A stretch of 64,000 bases of DNA, from positions 21,602 to 85,601 of IMG/VR virus record IMGVR_UViG_3300046495_000014. One strand, written 5' to 3'. The position numbers and the translations under genes are program-made. Below are positions 35,891-45,317 of the stretch, piece after piece. The first letter of the stretch is position 1; the number at the start of each line of letters is the position of its first letter. The DNA comes from a virus. Taxonomy: Duplodnaviria; Caudoviricetes. The notes beneath the pieces are model-generated. The model ran no database searches. It saw only the letters and a list, made by a program, of their open reading frames with translations, and was not told where the DNA came from.

Positions 35891-36222
35891 TTCAACCCCA
35901 GCGCTTTCGCGTTCCGCGCCGCCCGCGCCTTCTGTTCCTTCTGTTGCTTCTTCGTCGGCGCCTTCAGCGGTAGGGGCAACTTCACATCGTCCCGCCAGCG
36001 CTCGCCCAATCGTCGATCCTTAGCCCACCAGGACAGTACGACGATCTTGCCGGTCGTCCCCGCCTGGTAGACTTCCGAGTCATCATGCAGGCAGGACGTC
36101 GGGATCCACAGCAGGTCGTCCTTCCCGTCGATCGCAACCTGGATCGCCGTCGGTCTGACAGCGACGCACTTCCCCGTCCCTATCTGTTCCCCGTCGTTCC
36201 CCGAATCCCTACGCGTTTCCAT
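35887..36222 (-). CDS. Hypothetical protein (start reassigned to METRRD)
   Basis: GAAAGGA SD. Confidence 0.6.
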   Translation of the reverse strand: METRRDSGNDGEQIGTGKCVAVRPTAIQVAIDGKDDLLWIPTSCLHDDSEVYQAGTTGKIVVLSWWAKDRRLGERWRDDVKLPLPLKAPTKKQQKEQKARAARNAKALGLK

Positions 36223-36964
36223 CGTGATGTTCCTTTCCGCAGTCGTGACAGTACCGTTGTTCTGTTGATATCCGCTCGTGCCCGCAAGATAACGCAGGCG
36301 GTCGAGATCCGAATTCCTTAGGTCGAGCATGGTTCAGCGATTCCAATCCTATTCGAGTCAAGGCGCTGGCAGCGGCCGCGTCGACTTCGGCCTTCGCCGC
36401 CGATACGCGTTCCACGACCGCTTCGTTCATCATTTCGACGACGAACGGTGCCGCGTCGGTTAGCTTCCGCGCGACCCGTTCGAACATGGCCGCGACTTCC
36501 GCGCGGTCGGTCTTCGTCAACGTCTTCTGTTTCAGGATCTCCCGCGCCCGCAGTAGGTCCGTCCCCAGTACGTCGGCCGCCGTCGCTTCCAGTTCCGACT
36601 TGAACGTGGCCGCGATGTGCTCGACGCGCCCCGCCAGTTCGGGGGGCGGGGGGACGCTGCGGTTCTCCCATCGCCGTAGCGTCCCGGTGGTTCCGACGCC
36701 GACGTTCATCGTCGTTATCAGTTCGGCGAACTGCGCCGCGCTGAAGTCGATCTCGACTAGATCGCCGCCTAGCGCCCCGTCGTACCGGTCTCCGTGTTCG
36801 TCCCGCCGTAACGTCGCGCGACTGACCGTCAACGCCACGTACCCGTAGTGTTCAGGTATCTTCGTCCCGAACAACTGGGGATTCCCAGACCTGCGGGAGA
36901 ACGCCGCGACTACGTACGACGGGTGCTTGAATTCGACTTCTGTGTCCCTACGCGTCCGCGTCAT
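36209..36964 (-). CDS. Hypothetical protein
   Basis: 251 aa, AGGAGG SD. Confidence 0.75.
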   Translation of the reverse strand: MTRTRRDTEVEFKHPSYVVAAFSRRSGNPQLFGTKIPEHYGYVALTVSRATLRRDEHGDRYDGALGGDLVEIDFSAAQFAELITTMNVGVGTTGTLRRWENRSVPPPPELAGRVEHIAATFKSELEATAADVLGTDLLRAREILKQKTLTKTDRAEVAAMFERVARKLTDAAPFVVEMMNEAVVERVSAAKAEVDAAAASALTRIGLESLNHARPKEFGSRPPALSCGHERISTEQRYCHDCGKEHHDGNA

Positions 36965-37079
36965 CGCGAACCTCCTGATTCGGTTCGACGCCGGATCGAT
37001 CCGGCGTCGGTTCTTCTTCGTCTGCGTTCGGGATCGCCAACAGCGCGTCGACGATCGCCCCGTAATCGACTTCAGTCAT
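36948..37079 (-). CDS. 43-aa acidic ORF containing the palindrome in frame
   Basis: Hand-translated MTEVDYGAIV...EPTPDRSGVEP; CGCGC-CATCGT box 8 nt upstream. Confidence 0.4.
   Translation of the reverse strand: MTEVDYGAIVDALLAIPNADEEEPTPDRSGVEPNQEVRDDADA
36987..37008. repeat. 22-bp palindrome copy 8
   Basis: Exact. Confidence 0.95.
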
Positions 37080-37209
37080 ACCGGCTTACGATGGCGCGGT
37101 CGGGCGTCTTAGTCGATACGACGCCCGACGGACCGCGCGCCCGACACCTGTTCAAGTCCTTCAGAAACCGAACCCGCTGGGCGATCCGTTCCAGTCTATC
37201 CAGTTTCAT
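37072..37209 (-). CDS. Possible 45-aa basic protein
   Basis: MKLDRLERIAQRVRF..., starts 5 nt after upstream stop. Confidence 0.35.
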   Translation of the reverse strand: MKLDRLERIAQRVRFLKDLNRCRARGPSGVVSTKTPDRAIVSRYD

Positions 37210-37214
37210 ACAGC

Positions 37215-37403
37215 CTACATCGCTCGGTTGATCGTCAACTGGTACTGCGTCCCGTCCGCGAGGGTAACGACCAACCCGCGGTTCCGAGTCATGACGCCCG
37301 ACTCTTCGAACGTGTGAACGGCCTTCAGATCGGGCATGTCCCCGGTCGACTCGGCTTCGAGTAGTAGGGCTTGAAGAGCGCATTCGAATTCTGATTCGGA
37401 CAT
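37215..37403 (-). CDS. Small hypothetical protein
   Basis: 62 aa behind class II cassette. Confidence 0.7.
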   Translation of the reverse strand: MSESEFECALQALLLEAESTGDMPDLKAVHTFEESGVMTRNRGLVVTLADGTQYQLTINRAM

Positions 37404-37469
37404 GTGGGGCTGATTCCTTTCCCGTCTGCCAGTCTGTTATGGCGCACGGTGCGCCATTAGTCCACAACA
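37404..37469 (-). promoter_or_regulatory. Class II promoter-operator-RBS cassette, copy b
   Basis: TGGACT-17 nt-CATAAC; TGGCGCACCGTGCGCCA; GGAAAGGAATC. Confidence 0.75.
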
Positions 37470-37720
37470 TTCGACGAGCGATCTGCGTCCGCCTGCATCG
37501 GGAGGTAGATCGCGTCCACGACGAATTCGTAGAACGCCCGCACCCCCGCTTCCCAGTGCCCCGTGGTGCGGTCGATAGCCTGCACGATAGCCGGTCCCCT
37601 ACCTCGGACGTCGTACCCCGTCAGCCGCTCGAACTGCGCCAGCAACTCGGGTTCTTCCAGCGCCGCTAGTAGGCAGGTCATAAACAACTGCGGGTCGGTT
37701 ACCCGACGGTGGATCCTCAT
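37457..37720 (-). CDS. Hypothetical protein (start reassigned)
   Basis: ATGA-coupled; 87 aa. Confidence 0.6.
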   Translation of the reverse strand: MRIHRRVTDPQLFMTCLLAALEEPELLAQFERLTGYDVRGRGPAIVQAIDRTTGHWEAGVRAFYEFVVDAIYLPMQADADRSSNVVD

Positions 37721-37926
37721 GGCAACAGTTCCCCGTCGACGGATATCCGAATCCGATCCGCGAACCCGGCCCGCGCGTATCGGTCCGCGTCGATCGCGGT
37801 ATCCCAAGCGCATACGACCGGCGAATCGAACGGAACCCACATCGGCGCCATCGGTCCGTGCCGGTCGTCGCCGAAGAACAGGTCACCGCGCTGAACGTGG
37901 AACCTCACGATGTAGTCGCGGCTCAT
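37717..37926 (-). CDS. Hypothetical protein (start reassigned)
   Basis: ATGA-coupled; 69 aa. Confidence 0.55.
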   Translation of the reverse strand: MSRDYIVRFHVQRGDLFFGDDRHGPMAPMWVPFDSPVVCAWDTAIDADRYARAGFADRIRISVDGELLP

Positions 37927-38477
37927 CGCCCCGCCGATAGCGTCCAGGCCGCCAGGGTCTGGGCCACGTCCGGGGGTATTCGCCAGAATCCGAGTTGCCC
38001 CTTGCAGGGTACAAACGGCGTTAGCCTGGCCGCGTCCGTCGTAAACCCGTGGTGGTTCCCAAAGTGCCATCGCTTCCGGGGCATCACTTCCGGTTTCAGG
38101 TAATCCGTAAACGTCGCCCGCCCGACTATCCCACCCCGGTTCAGCCCGGGTAGTTCGGCGGCTACGACTTGCTCCCACGTCGGGAATAGTTCGACCGGTC
38201 CGCCCCACGCGTTCCAGACCGTCTGGGCCTTGTCGTACAGCGGTCGTTTCGCTTTCGCCGACGCATGGATCCAGACCGGTCCCCGAAAGTTGATCTGCAC
38301 GAACCCGGTCGGGCGGTTCTCGACGTCCTTCCTATAAGGCGAGTCGATCAGCATGAGGTACGCCCAGGGCTGACAGATCGACAGCGCCCGCGCCGGAATC
38401 CATACCGGGGAACGGTCGCCGACGACCACCAGTCGCTGCGTTCCGAATTCGTCCTTCGCGCGTTCGTCGGCGTTCAT
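37923..38477 (-). CDS. ASCH domain protein
   Basis: ALSICQPWA...KDVENR...RGPVWIHAS. Confidence 0.8.
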   Translation of the reverse strand: MNADERAKDEFGTQRLVVVGDRSPVWIPARALSICQPWAYLMLIDSPYRKDVENRPTGFVQINFRGPVWIHASAKAKRPLYDKAQTVWNAWGGPVELFPTWEQVVAAELPGLNRGGIVGRATFTDYLKPEVMPRKRWHFGNHHGFTTDAARLTPFVPCKGQLGFWRIPPDVAQTLAAWTLSAGR

Positions 38478-38848
38478 GACTTCGAACCCGCGTCGATCGA
38501 CGCCCGCAGTTGAGCGGCCTTCAGTTCCCCGGTTAGGTCGCGAACCTGATGGCGCATGTTCTCGTTGTGCGCGCGTTCAGCTTTGATCGTAGCGTCCCGA
38601 TCCCTAATCGCGGCGAGCAACGCCCGCGCGAAGTTCGCGCGGATAACGTCGGGCGCTCCCCCGACTTCTAGTTCGACGGTCAGGCCAACCGTTATCTTCG
38701 ACCGCCCGCTGTTGGGGTGCGCGACGATGGTGGCAGTCACCAGTTCCTCGGCCGTCAACGGGATGGTTACCCCGTCGGGTAACGTTACGGTCGCCACGAC
38801 CGGCGTCGCTTCCGCCCATCGTACGTGCTCGCTGTCGAATCCTTTCAT
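38474..38848 (-). CDS. Hypothetical protein
   Basis: 124 aa, coupled. Confidence 0.65.
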   Translation of the reverse strand: MKGFDSEHVRWAEATPVVATVTLPDGVTIPLTAEELVTATIVAHPNSGRSKITVGLTVELEVGGAPDVIRANFARALLAAIRDRDATIKAERAHNENMRHQVRDLTGELKAAQLRASIDAGSKS

Positions 38849-39060
38849 CGGCCATACCCTCCTTCGTCAGAGTACCAGAACACCCGAACCGTCAGGCGCG
38901 CCCAGCCCGACAGCGCGTAGCGGTTCCGCGTCGGTAGTCGCGTCCAGGTGTACCCGAACCGATCTCCGTTCCGCGTCCTATTCGACCAAGCCGGGCGGGA
39001 CTGCATGCCGCGGGGGAAGTACCAGAAGACCGGAAGACGAATCGCTAGGCCAGTTCGCAT
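38845..39060 (-). CDS. Small Arg/aromatic-rich hypothetical protein
   Basis: CATAGT box (39067-39072) 6 nt before ATG. Confidence 0.55.
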   Translation of the reverse strand: MRTGLAIRLPVFWYFPRGMQSRPAWSNRTRNGDRFGYTWTRLPTRNRYALSGWARLTVRVFWYSDEGGYGR

Positions 39061-39077
39061 GCCCCTACTATGGCGCG

Positions 39078-39099
39078 GACGCCGGATCGATCCGGCGTC
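39078..39099. repeat. 22-bp palindrome copy 9
   Basis: Exact; overlaps terminase TGA; 5 nt from CATAGT box. Confidence 0.95.
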
Positions 39100-40864
39100 A
39101 TCTGTAGTTCAGCGCCGCGACGGACGGGCCGCGGTTCCTGCGGACGTTCGCGCCCATCTTCTTCACCTGCCAGTCGGCTAGCCACGAGGCCATCAGGTAA
39201 TCGCCCGTATGGGCTTCGGGCGTGTACTGCCGCAGGTCCTGCAACCAGGCCTCGACGTTCGGGGGGGACTTCCCGTTCTGGCCGCAGGGGATCACCCACG
39301 CGCCCTGTTCGATCTCGATGAACATCGACTCGACGCCGTGGGTCGGGTCCGCCTTGTTCCGCCCAGTCGTGTGAGCCTTAATCGGCACCGACCGATCTTC
39401 TTCCCGCGCCCACTGTAGTAGGAAGTCCTGCGCCGCGTTGTTCTCGACGCGGACGATCGAACCGAACGCGGCGTTCTTCGCCAGGATCTTTTGGACGATC
39501 TCCCGCCCCGTCCAGCGCCCCGCTTCGATGTCCAGGATGATCCGGCGGTTCGACGGCGGTAAGACCGCGATGGTGAACAGCACGGTCCGCGCGTTCGCCT
39601 TCTTCTTCCCGATCGCTAAGTCGACGCCCGTGGCCACGATTAGGTCGATCCCGTCGGGCGCTCCCGCGTACAGCGTCGACGGTCTTACCGGGTCGTGATC
39701 CACCGCCGCTATCCGCAGGCGTAGATCATCGATCGAGGAACAGAACCCGTAGTGCCCCATGCGCTGCGCGTCGGTCTTCGACTGCGTGATCCAGCCCTCC
39801 TTGATTCGGTCCTCGGATTCGCCGCGGGCCTTCATCTCGTAGTTCTGGGCGAATTCGCGCGCGGTCGTTAGCTTCCGGATTTCCTCGATCGCCGATCGCG
39901 AATACTTCTGAGGCCAGAACGTCGTGGCTTCTTCGACGTCGACGTTCTGGTTCGCCGGCTCGCCTAGGTCCGGGGCGTCTTCGTACGTTTCCCGAATCAC
40001 TACCGGGTCGTCGTTACCCGATAGCCGATGACGCCCGTCGGGTCCGTCGCAGTCGTTCGCCGGTCGGATCTGATCGCTGTCGAAGTTCGGCGCGTTCGTC
40101 ACGAAGACGTCGCCCCAAATCGTAATCGTTAGGGTGGGCCAGCCCTTGGCTTCCAGCCAGTAGGTAAGGTCACCGGCGTCGGACGAAGTAGGCCCGACCC
40201 ACGGCGTGTTCGTAACGATCAGCCGCGATCCGTCGACGTCCATGCGCGACAGAACGGTGGACGTAAACAACTTCCGCACCGTCTCCCGCTGTTCGGGGGT
40301 CGCCGTATTCTCAGCGTTCAGGATGTCGTCCACCAGACACCAGCTAAGACGCGATCCGGGTAGTCGCCCGGTGACGCCGATCGCTACCAGCGACGGGTCG
40401 CGAATACCGAAGGGGCGGTCGACCGTAATCGCCGTCTGCGTCCAGGGGTCGCCGTCCACCTGCGACGGTCGCAGCGCCGGGTAGACCGCGTGCAGTTCGG
40501 CCGAGTGCATGATGTAGTTACGGACCAGCGACAGCGGCTTGGACGCCTGCCCCTGCGTGGCGCTGATGATAGCTCCGCGGGCCGTCGGGTCTTCCCCGAG
40601 TAAGTACAGCGTGAGCGCCGCCATGGTGTACGTCTTCGAGCCGCCGACGGGCAGTCGGATGACGCACTTCTCGTGCTCCATCGCGAACTGGAACACGAGC
40701 TTCTGGAACGGCAGCGTGCTGATGCGCGTCCTCGCGGTTTCCTCCCGCATCACGTATTCGTAGAACGCCGCCGGATCGGACCTAGCCCGCGTTAGGCGAC
40801 GCATCTGCGCCTTCAGTAACGCTTGGGCGTAGTCGGTCGAATCCCGATCTGGAACCACGGTCAT
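39098..40864 (-). CDS. terL: Terminase large subunit
   Basis: Walker A-like RLPVGGSKT, Walker B CLVDD, nuclease GVDLA, VENNAAQ, C-terminal GDYLMA. Confidence 0.9.
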   Translation of the reverse strand: MTVVPDRDSTDYAQALLKAQMRRLTRARSDPAAFYEYVMREETARTRISTLPFQKLVFQFAMEHEKCVIRLPVGGSKTYTMAALTLYLLGEDPTARGAIISATQGQASKPLSLVRNYIMHSAELHAVYPALRPSQVDGDPWTQTAITVDRPFGIRDPSLVAIGVTGRLPGSRLSWCLVDDILNAENTATPEQRETVRKLFTSTVLSRMDVDGSRLIVTNTPWVGPTSSDAGDLTYWLEAKGWPTLTITIWGDVFVTNAPNFDSDQIRPANDCDGPDGRHRLSGNDDPVVIRETYEDAPDLGEPANQNVDVEEATTFWPQKYSRSAIEEIRKLTTAREFAQNYEMKARGESEDRIKEGWITQSKTDAQRMGHYGFCSSIDDLRLRIAAVDHDPVRPSTLYAGAPDGIDLIVATGVDLAIGKKKANARTVLFTIAVLPPSNRRIILDIEAGRWTGREIVQKILAKNAAFGSIVRVENNAAQDFLLQWAREEDRSVPIKAHTTGRNKADPTHGVESMFIEIEQGAWVIPCGQNGKSPPNVEAWLQDLRQYTPEAHTGDYLMASWLADWQVKKMGANVRRNRGPSVAALNYR

Positions 40865-41295
40865 GCTGACGGGTGTACCAAGGATTCGTCGAAGAAGGTA
40901 CCGCCCGGTCGGGTAATCTCAGTCGTCGACGCCGCGCGCAACACCCAGTCGCCGCGGCGTCGGGCGGCTCGGTGCATGTACTTCGTCGGGCCGCAGATCA
41001 CCCAGCGGGAGGCGTCCCACGCGATGCGGACCATCACCCAGCTATCCGGACCCGCTTCGCTGTTCACGTTCGCCCCGACCACGACGTACAGCCCGGCGTG
41101 CCTCGAATGACTCAGTAGCTCCCAAACATCGTCGACCTGCACCGGGCGATCCGCTAGCGCCCGACGTCGTTCGTCTTCCCCGATCGTCGTCGTCGACCAC
41201 CAGTGCAGGACGACCAGCACGAACAGCACGGCCAGTAGCAGCCCGAGGCATGTGATGCCCAAAACGATCCCCGTCGCAAAGTTGGTAGTTCCCAT
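40861..41295 (-). CDS. Membrane-anchored hypothetical protein
   Basis: N-terminal TM helix; GAAGGA SD. Confidence 0.65.
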   Translation of the reverse strand: MGTTNFATGIVLGITCLGLLLAVLFVLVVLHWWSTTTIGEDERRRALADRPVQVDDVWELLSHSRHAGLYVVVGANVNSEAGPDSWVMVRIAWDASRWVICGPTKYMHRAARRRGDWVLRAASTTEITRPGGTFFDESLVHPSA

Positions 41296-41305
41296 CGTAG
41301 TTCCT

Positions 41306-41791
41306 TCACGTAGTGATCCACGTCGGCGCGTCTTCTGTCCAGCGCCCCGAGCGCTGCACCAGCTTCCAGTCGCGTAGCTTTAGTTGCCGGGTCGATACGA
41401 ACACCCGGGCGTCGTCCCCGCCCAACGGGTACTGATTCAGATACCCGATCTTGTGTAGCTCCCACGCGTACTCGCGGTGGTTCTCGACCGTTATCCGATC
41501 CTCGACCCGATACAGGCGCGGAACGCTGCCGGGCGACTGCCAGACGTCGCCGATCTGCGCCCAGCTTCGCTTGGAGACGACGTGCGAGCAGTGGAAGCAG
41601 TACCGGTACCGACGCCCAGGCGTCCGAGCTAATCCGCAGCGGGCGCAGATCGCCGACTCCGGCGGTAACGCCCGCGCGTCGTGGCACGTCTGGCAGTCCC
41701 TAGCGTACGGCGCCCGGGGGAAGTTCCGACCGCACTTCCGGCACAGTCGTCCTACCTTCGACGGATTACAGTTGTGCGACTTCTTCGCCAT
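41306..41791 (-). CDS. Cys-rich (zinc-finger-like) hypothetical protein
   Basis: Four CxxC pairs; CATAGT box 41801-41806. Confidence 0.65.
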   Translation of the reverse strand: MAKKSHNCNPSKVGRLCRKCGRNFPRAPYARDCQTCHDARALPPESAICARCGLARTPGRRYRYCFHCSHVVSKRSWAQIGDVWQSPGSVPRLYRVEDRITVENHREYAWELHKIGYLNQYPLGGDDARVFVSTRQLKLRDWKLVQRSGRWTEDAPTWITT

Positions 41792-41810
41792 CGTCCCCCG
41801 ACTATGGCGC

Positions 41811-41832
41811 GACGCCGGATCGATCCGGCGTC
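41811..41832. repeat. 22-bp palindrome copy 10 (extends to 30 bp, 41807-41836)
   Basis: Exact with GCGC/GCGC flanks. Confidence 0.95.
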
Positions 41833-41842
41833 GCGCGTTCGT

Positions 41843-42139
41843 TCAGCGTCGGGGGTGGGCGCGCCTAACCGCTACCGTGATCACAGCTTCCCCGCCCCGA
41901 TAGTCGTCCGACATGCTGATGCAGGGACGGATCACACAGTCGCCTTCGATCCGCAGGGTCTGCGTCGACACGACTTCGAACTGATCGCAGCGTTCCGGGG
42001 AAACGGGGGGCTTCCACGGTCGGGCGCTGCCGCAGGGGCACCGATCCTGTTCCGGATCCGTATCCTTCGGGGCGTGCGTTCGCCCGCACGGGCAGTAGTA
42101 GGTCAAGTCGTGCGCGTTCGTCGAACTATCGTTTTGCAT
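41843..42139 (-). CDS. Small zinc-binding-like protein (start reassigned to MQNDS)
   Basis: Two CPCG motifs; GAAAGGA SD. Confidence 0.55.
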   Translation of the reverse strand: MQNDSSTNAHDLTYYCPCGRTHAPKDTDPEQDRCPCGSARPWKPPVSPERCDQFEVVSTQTLRIEGDCVIRPCISMSDDYRGGEAVITVAVRRAHPRR

Positions 42140-42170
42140 CGCTTTTCCTTTCGCGTAACCGGTCCCGAGT

Positions 42171-42824
42171 CTATTCCGCGGCAGTCGACATCGGCAACGC
42201 GCGCCGGGCGAGCGCTTCCAGTTCGAGTTGCTCCCGTACCATCGCGTCACGTTCGTCGTCCGTCAGATCGACGATGACAGCGGCTAGCGAAACCTTCAGC
42301 GACGCCATGACGTCGACTTCGACGCGGATAGGTTGGAGCGTCCCCATGATCCGCCCGAGTAATTCTTCGTGCCCGCGTATCGCCTGGAAGGACGGGTTCG
42401 CCCTCGCGCGCTGCCGGGCCAAATCCTGGCGCAGTCGCTCCACCTGTCGCGCCCGTTCGTTGTGGGCGAACTCCTTGAAGTCGGCGTCCCACTCTTCCGA
42501 GATCCGCTTGATAGTCGTCCAGACCTGTCGGCGGTCGTAGCCGAACCCTTTGACCTTCGCATTCTTCGACGCGAGCCCGTGCTCCGCCAGGATGAGTCGC
42601 GTGGCTACGCGTAAGCCCAGCCCGGACGCTAGGGCCGTGGCGCAGATAGCGTCCAGTTCCGTCACCTGTTGCTCGACCACTTCGACGGCTACGTCGGGCG
42701 CTGCGTCGGGGGGTGGGTTCAGTATCTTCGGATCTGCCAGCACCCCGATCGGGTGCGTGTTAGGGCTGCGCGGCTTCGGTTCCGGGGGTGGCGTGGATTC
42801 GGATTGGTTCCTTAGTATTCTCAT
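42171..42824 (-). CDS. Probable terminase small subunit
   Basis: HTH-like segment, helical oligomerisation region, upstream of terL. Confidence 0.5.
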   Translation of the reverse strand: MRILRNQSESTPPPEPKPRSPNTHPIGVLADPKILNPPPDAAPDVAVEVVEQQVTELDAICATALASGLGLRVATRLILAEHGLASKNAKVKGFGYDRRQVWTTIKRISEEWDADFKEFAHNERARQVERLRQDLARQRARANPSFQAIRGHEELLGRIMGTLQPIRVEVDVMASLKVSLAAVIVDLTDDERDAMVREQLELEALARRALPMSTAAE

Positions 42825-42905
42825 GCGAAGTAGTTCCCACCGCCCAGTGTGACGCCGGGAGGGGGAAGCGCGCAACAGTTATGGGGAATTCGGGGTTCAG
42901 CTTCG

Positions 42906-43049
42906 CTATCGCTCGTTGATTACATCGTCGTTCTCTTCCCGATTCCGGCGGTACGCCAAGACGCTAAGTACGCGTCGACTTCGGACCCGTTCCACGTTAC
43001 GGCGTAGATCGTTGAGGTTCGCCTCTAGTTCGGCGGTGGACCTGGGCAT
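42906..43049 (-). CDS. 47-aa coiled-coil-like protein
   Basis: Hand-translated MPRSTAELEANLNDLRRN. Confidence 0.45.
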   Translation of the reverse strand: MPRSTAELEANLNDLRRNVERVRSRRVLSVLAYRRNREENDDVINER

Positions 43050-43136
43050 AGCGTTACGGGTCCAGTCGAAAGCCTTCGGGGAGTTGGTCGCGCAGTACCC
43101 ACGACGTGATTCGGGCTGATTCGGACAACGGCGGAT

Positions 43137-43463
43137 CTAGCCACGGTGTTGACCGTTAGCTTCGCGCGCCCGCTTCGCCCGGTAAACGTCGATCAGCCGC
43201 TGAAGTCCCGTCAACAAGTCCCCGTCGCCGGTTTCATTGATGATCCGTCGTCGCGCCAGCAACCAGTCGTGGATCGGTATCCCGTCCAGCGTATCGGGCA
43301 TTCGCGCTAGGTCGTGGATCGGTATCTTCTGGTGGTACAACAGATCCACGGCGACGTTAGCGCCGACGCTCCGCGGAGTCGTGGAACCGTCCCGCCCGAT
43401 ATCCATTCCCCAGTCGAACGTCGGGGGAATCAGCGGGGTCTTGCGATCTTGCTCGTCGTCCAT
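43137..43463 (-). CDS. Hypothetical protein
   Basis: CATAGT box (43469-43474) 5 nt before ATG. Confidence 0.65.
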   Translation of the reverse strand: MDDEQDRKTPLIPPTFDWGMDIGRDGSTTPRSVGANVAVDLLYHQKIPIHDLARMPDTLDGIPIHDWLLARRRIINETGDGDLLTGLQRLIDVYRAKRAREANGQHRG

Positions 43464-43469
43464 GCCCTA

Positions 43470-43664
43470 CTATGACGCAGATCGCACGCGAGGATTCGGC
43501 GCCCCGTCCGCGGTCGGCGCTATCGGATGCACACCGCTGTTCCGAGGGGCGGGTATCGACGATCGACGGATCCCTATCTCCAATCGATCTAGCGATTCGC
43601 GCAACTGGTTCGTAGCCGCTTCCAACCCCAGGTTTGCCGCCTTCAGATTCGTTTTGGTGTCCAT
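43470..43664 (-). CDS. Small hypothetical protein
   Basis: 64 aa, GAGGGA SD. Confidence 0.5.
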   Translation of the reverse strand: MDTKTNLKAANLGLEAATNQLRESLDRLEIGIRRSSIPAPRNSGVHPIAPTADGAPNPRVRSAS

Positions 43665-43729
43665 CGTTTGGTCCCTCTTACCCAAACCCGAACGGCGTAC
43701 GACGCCCCTACTTTAGCCCTAATCGACGT

Positions 43730-44044
43730 CTAGCACTTCGCCGCCGGATTCAGGAATTCAGCCAGGGCGTGCAGGACTTCCGCACCGCTATCGCCAGCCC
43801 ACGCGATATCGATCGCCAGTCGGGTAGCCGTCGCGTCCAGCGGTATGAACCGAACGCCGTCACAGCCGCAGCCGTACTCGTGTCGGATCCGGTACGCCAT
43901 GCGGTTCGCACTGTAATCCACCATCTTCCGGTACTTCGCCGCCGAGTAGTTGCGCTGCGCGACCTTCAGCCACGCTAGTTCCGCGGTTAGCGCCGCGTGT
44001 ACTGCGGCCGCCGTTACGAGTGGATGTTCGATTCGATTCGGCAT
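43730..44044 (-). CDS. Hypothetical protein
   Basis: 104 aa; CATAGT box at 44151-44156 upstream. Confidence 0.6.
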   Translation of the reverse strand: MPNRIEHPLVTAAAVHAALTAELAWLKVAQRNYSAAKYRKMVDYSANRMAYRIRHEYGCGCDGVRFIPLDATATRLAIDIAWAGDSGAEVLHALAEFLNPAAKC

Positions 44045-44151
44045 GGGTCCCCTAAATAGAGAACGCCCGACTAACGTATCGCGCCCGGACGACAGAGGGG
44101 GGGGGATGGAATCAACCCGGGGCGACTTCGTTAGTCGAACGTTCGCCCATA

Positions 44152-44913
44152 CTATGGCGCAGAACGCATCGTCGGGGGGTGATAATCGTCCGTCATCAGC
44201 GCGTTCCAGGTTTTATCGCCGATGATCCCGTCCGGCGTCAGTCCGCGCGCCAGTTGGTACGCCTTCGTCGCCGCGTCCATGATCGGTCCGAAGATCCCGT
44301 CGGCGGCTAGCTGCAACTCCATCTGCGCCTGCTTTACGTCGGAGCCGACGCATCCCCGCTTCAACACGCGTTCCAGTACGACAGCGCCGGGAGGGGGAAC
44401 CACGATCGGAGTTGTCCCTAGGACAACCAGCGCCCGGTTGATCCCCTTCGCCATGGCCCTGGCGTGGTTCGCGATACGGTCGGCCGCCGTCTTACCGAAC
44501 CCTTCGTAGTATCCGGTGGAATACATACCGGCTGACACGCCCTGCCAGTCTTCGTTGATCGCCGCTTCGCGCACACAGTCCCTGCGCCCCGCGTACATTA
44601 CTCGGGCTAGGTCGTCCCACCCCTTCTGTTCCGTCGCGTACCGTCGGAAGCAAGCCGAGTACGTCGACGACGACCCGTCGGGGTTCGGGTGCGTGTCGGT
44701 ATAGACGAATCGATCTCCCGTCCAGGGTCCGCACTGGATCGCGCCCTGGTTGTAGCTCCCGACGCCTCCGCCCTTCCAGTAATACCCGAACCCGGATTCG
44801 TGGAGCGAGCACGCGAACAGCGCCGCGATCTCGCCCGTCGTCGGTACCGGTACGTCGAACACGTCGTCCACTGCCTGGTTCGCCAGCCTCACCGCGCCTG
44901 CGTCGGAAATCAT
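44152..44913 (-). CDS. Endolysin: glucosaminidase-like catalytic domain plus PG-binding domain
   Basis: C-terminal LKRGCVGSDVKQAQ...DGIFGP...DGIIGDKTWNAL; HESG and GYY motifs; ATGA-coupled start. Confidence 0.75.
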   Translation of the reverse strand: MISDAGAVRLANQAVDDVFDVPVPTTGEIAALFACSLHESGFGYYWKGGGVGSYNQGAIQCGPWTGDRFVYTDTHPNPDGSSSTYSACFRRYATEQKGWDDLARVMYAGRRDCVREAAINEDWQGVSAGMYSTGYYEGFGKTAADRIANHARAMAKGINRALVVLGTTPIVVPPPGAVVLERVLKRGCVGSDVKQAQMELQLAADGIFGPIMDAATKAYQLARGLTPDGIIGDKTWNALMTDDYHPPTMRSAP

Positions 44914-45194
44914 AGCCGACTGTACCACTGCGCCAGCGGATCTGGAACGGACTGAAGATCGAGCATTTGTAGCCAGCTGGTGACTACGCGAATCAGGATC
45001 CGATGACAGTCCGGTTCAGGTCCGATCCGATGAACGACGTGCGCGACGAACAGCGGGGAGACTTCCAGCGCCGGGTGTGGCGTACCGGTTCCGGCCTCCC
45101 GCAGATCCAAAACGTCGCCGATTCTAGGGGTTACCCCTAGATCGTATTCCTTCGAATCCAAGCCGAATTCCGTACTAACGATGGTTACACGCAT
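44910..45194 (-). CDS. Hypothetical protein
   Basis: CATAGT box (45201-45206) 6 nt before ATG with no SD. Confidence 0.6.
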   Translation of the reverse strand: MRVTIVSTEFGLDSKEYDLGVTPRIGDVLDLREAGTGTPHPALEVSPLFVAHVVHRIGPEPDCHRILIRVVTSWLQMLDLQSVPDPLAQWYSRL

Positions 45195-45317
45195 GCTCTG
45201 ACTATGACGCGCTCGCTAACTATCTGGGCGATTCACCCTAGCGCATTCCAAATGTAACCACATACTAGTCGGATGAGAGCCTACTAGCCCCCTAGGGGGC
45301 GAAGGACGATACCCCCC

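Noticed and set aside
44109-44150. Mini-ORF MGERSTNEVAPG directly after the CATAGT box at 44151
   Set aside because: No spacing from the box, unlike all other leaderless cases; more likely part of the leader of the 44044 gene.
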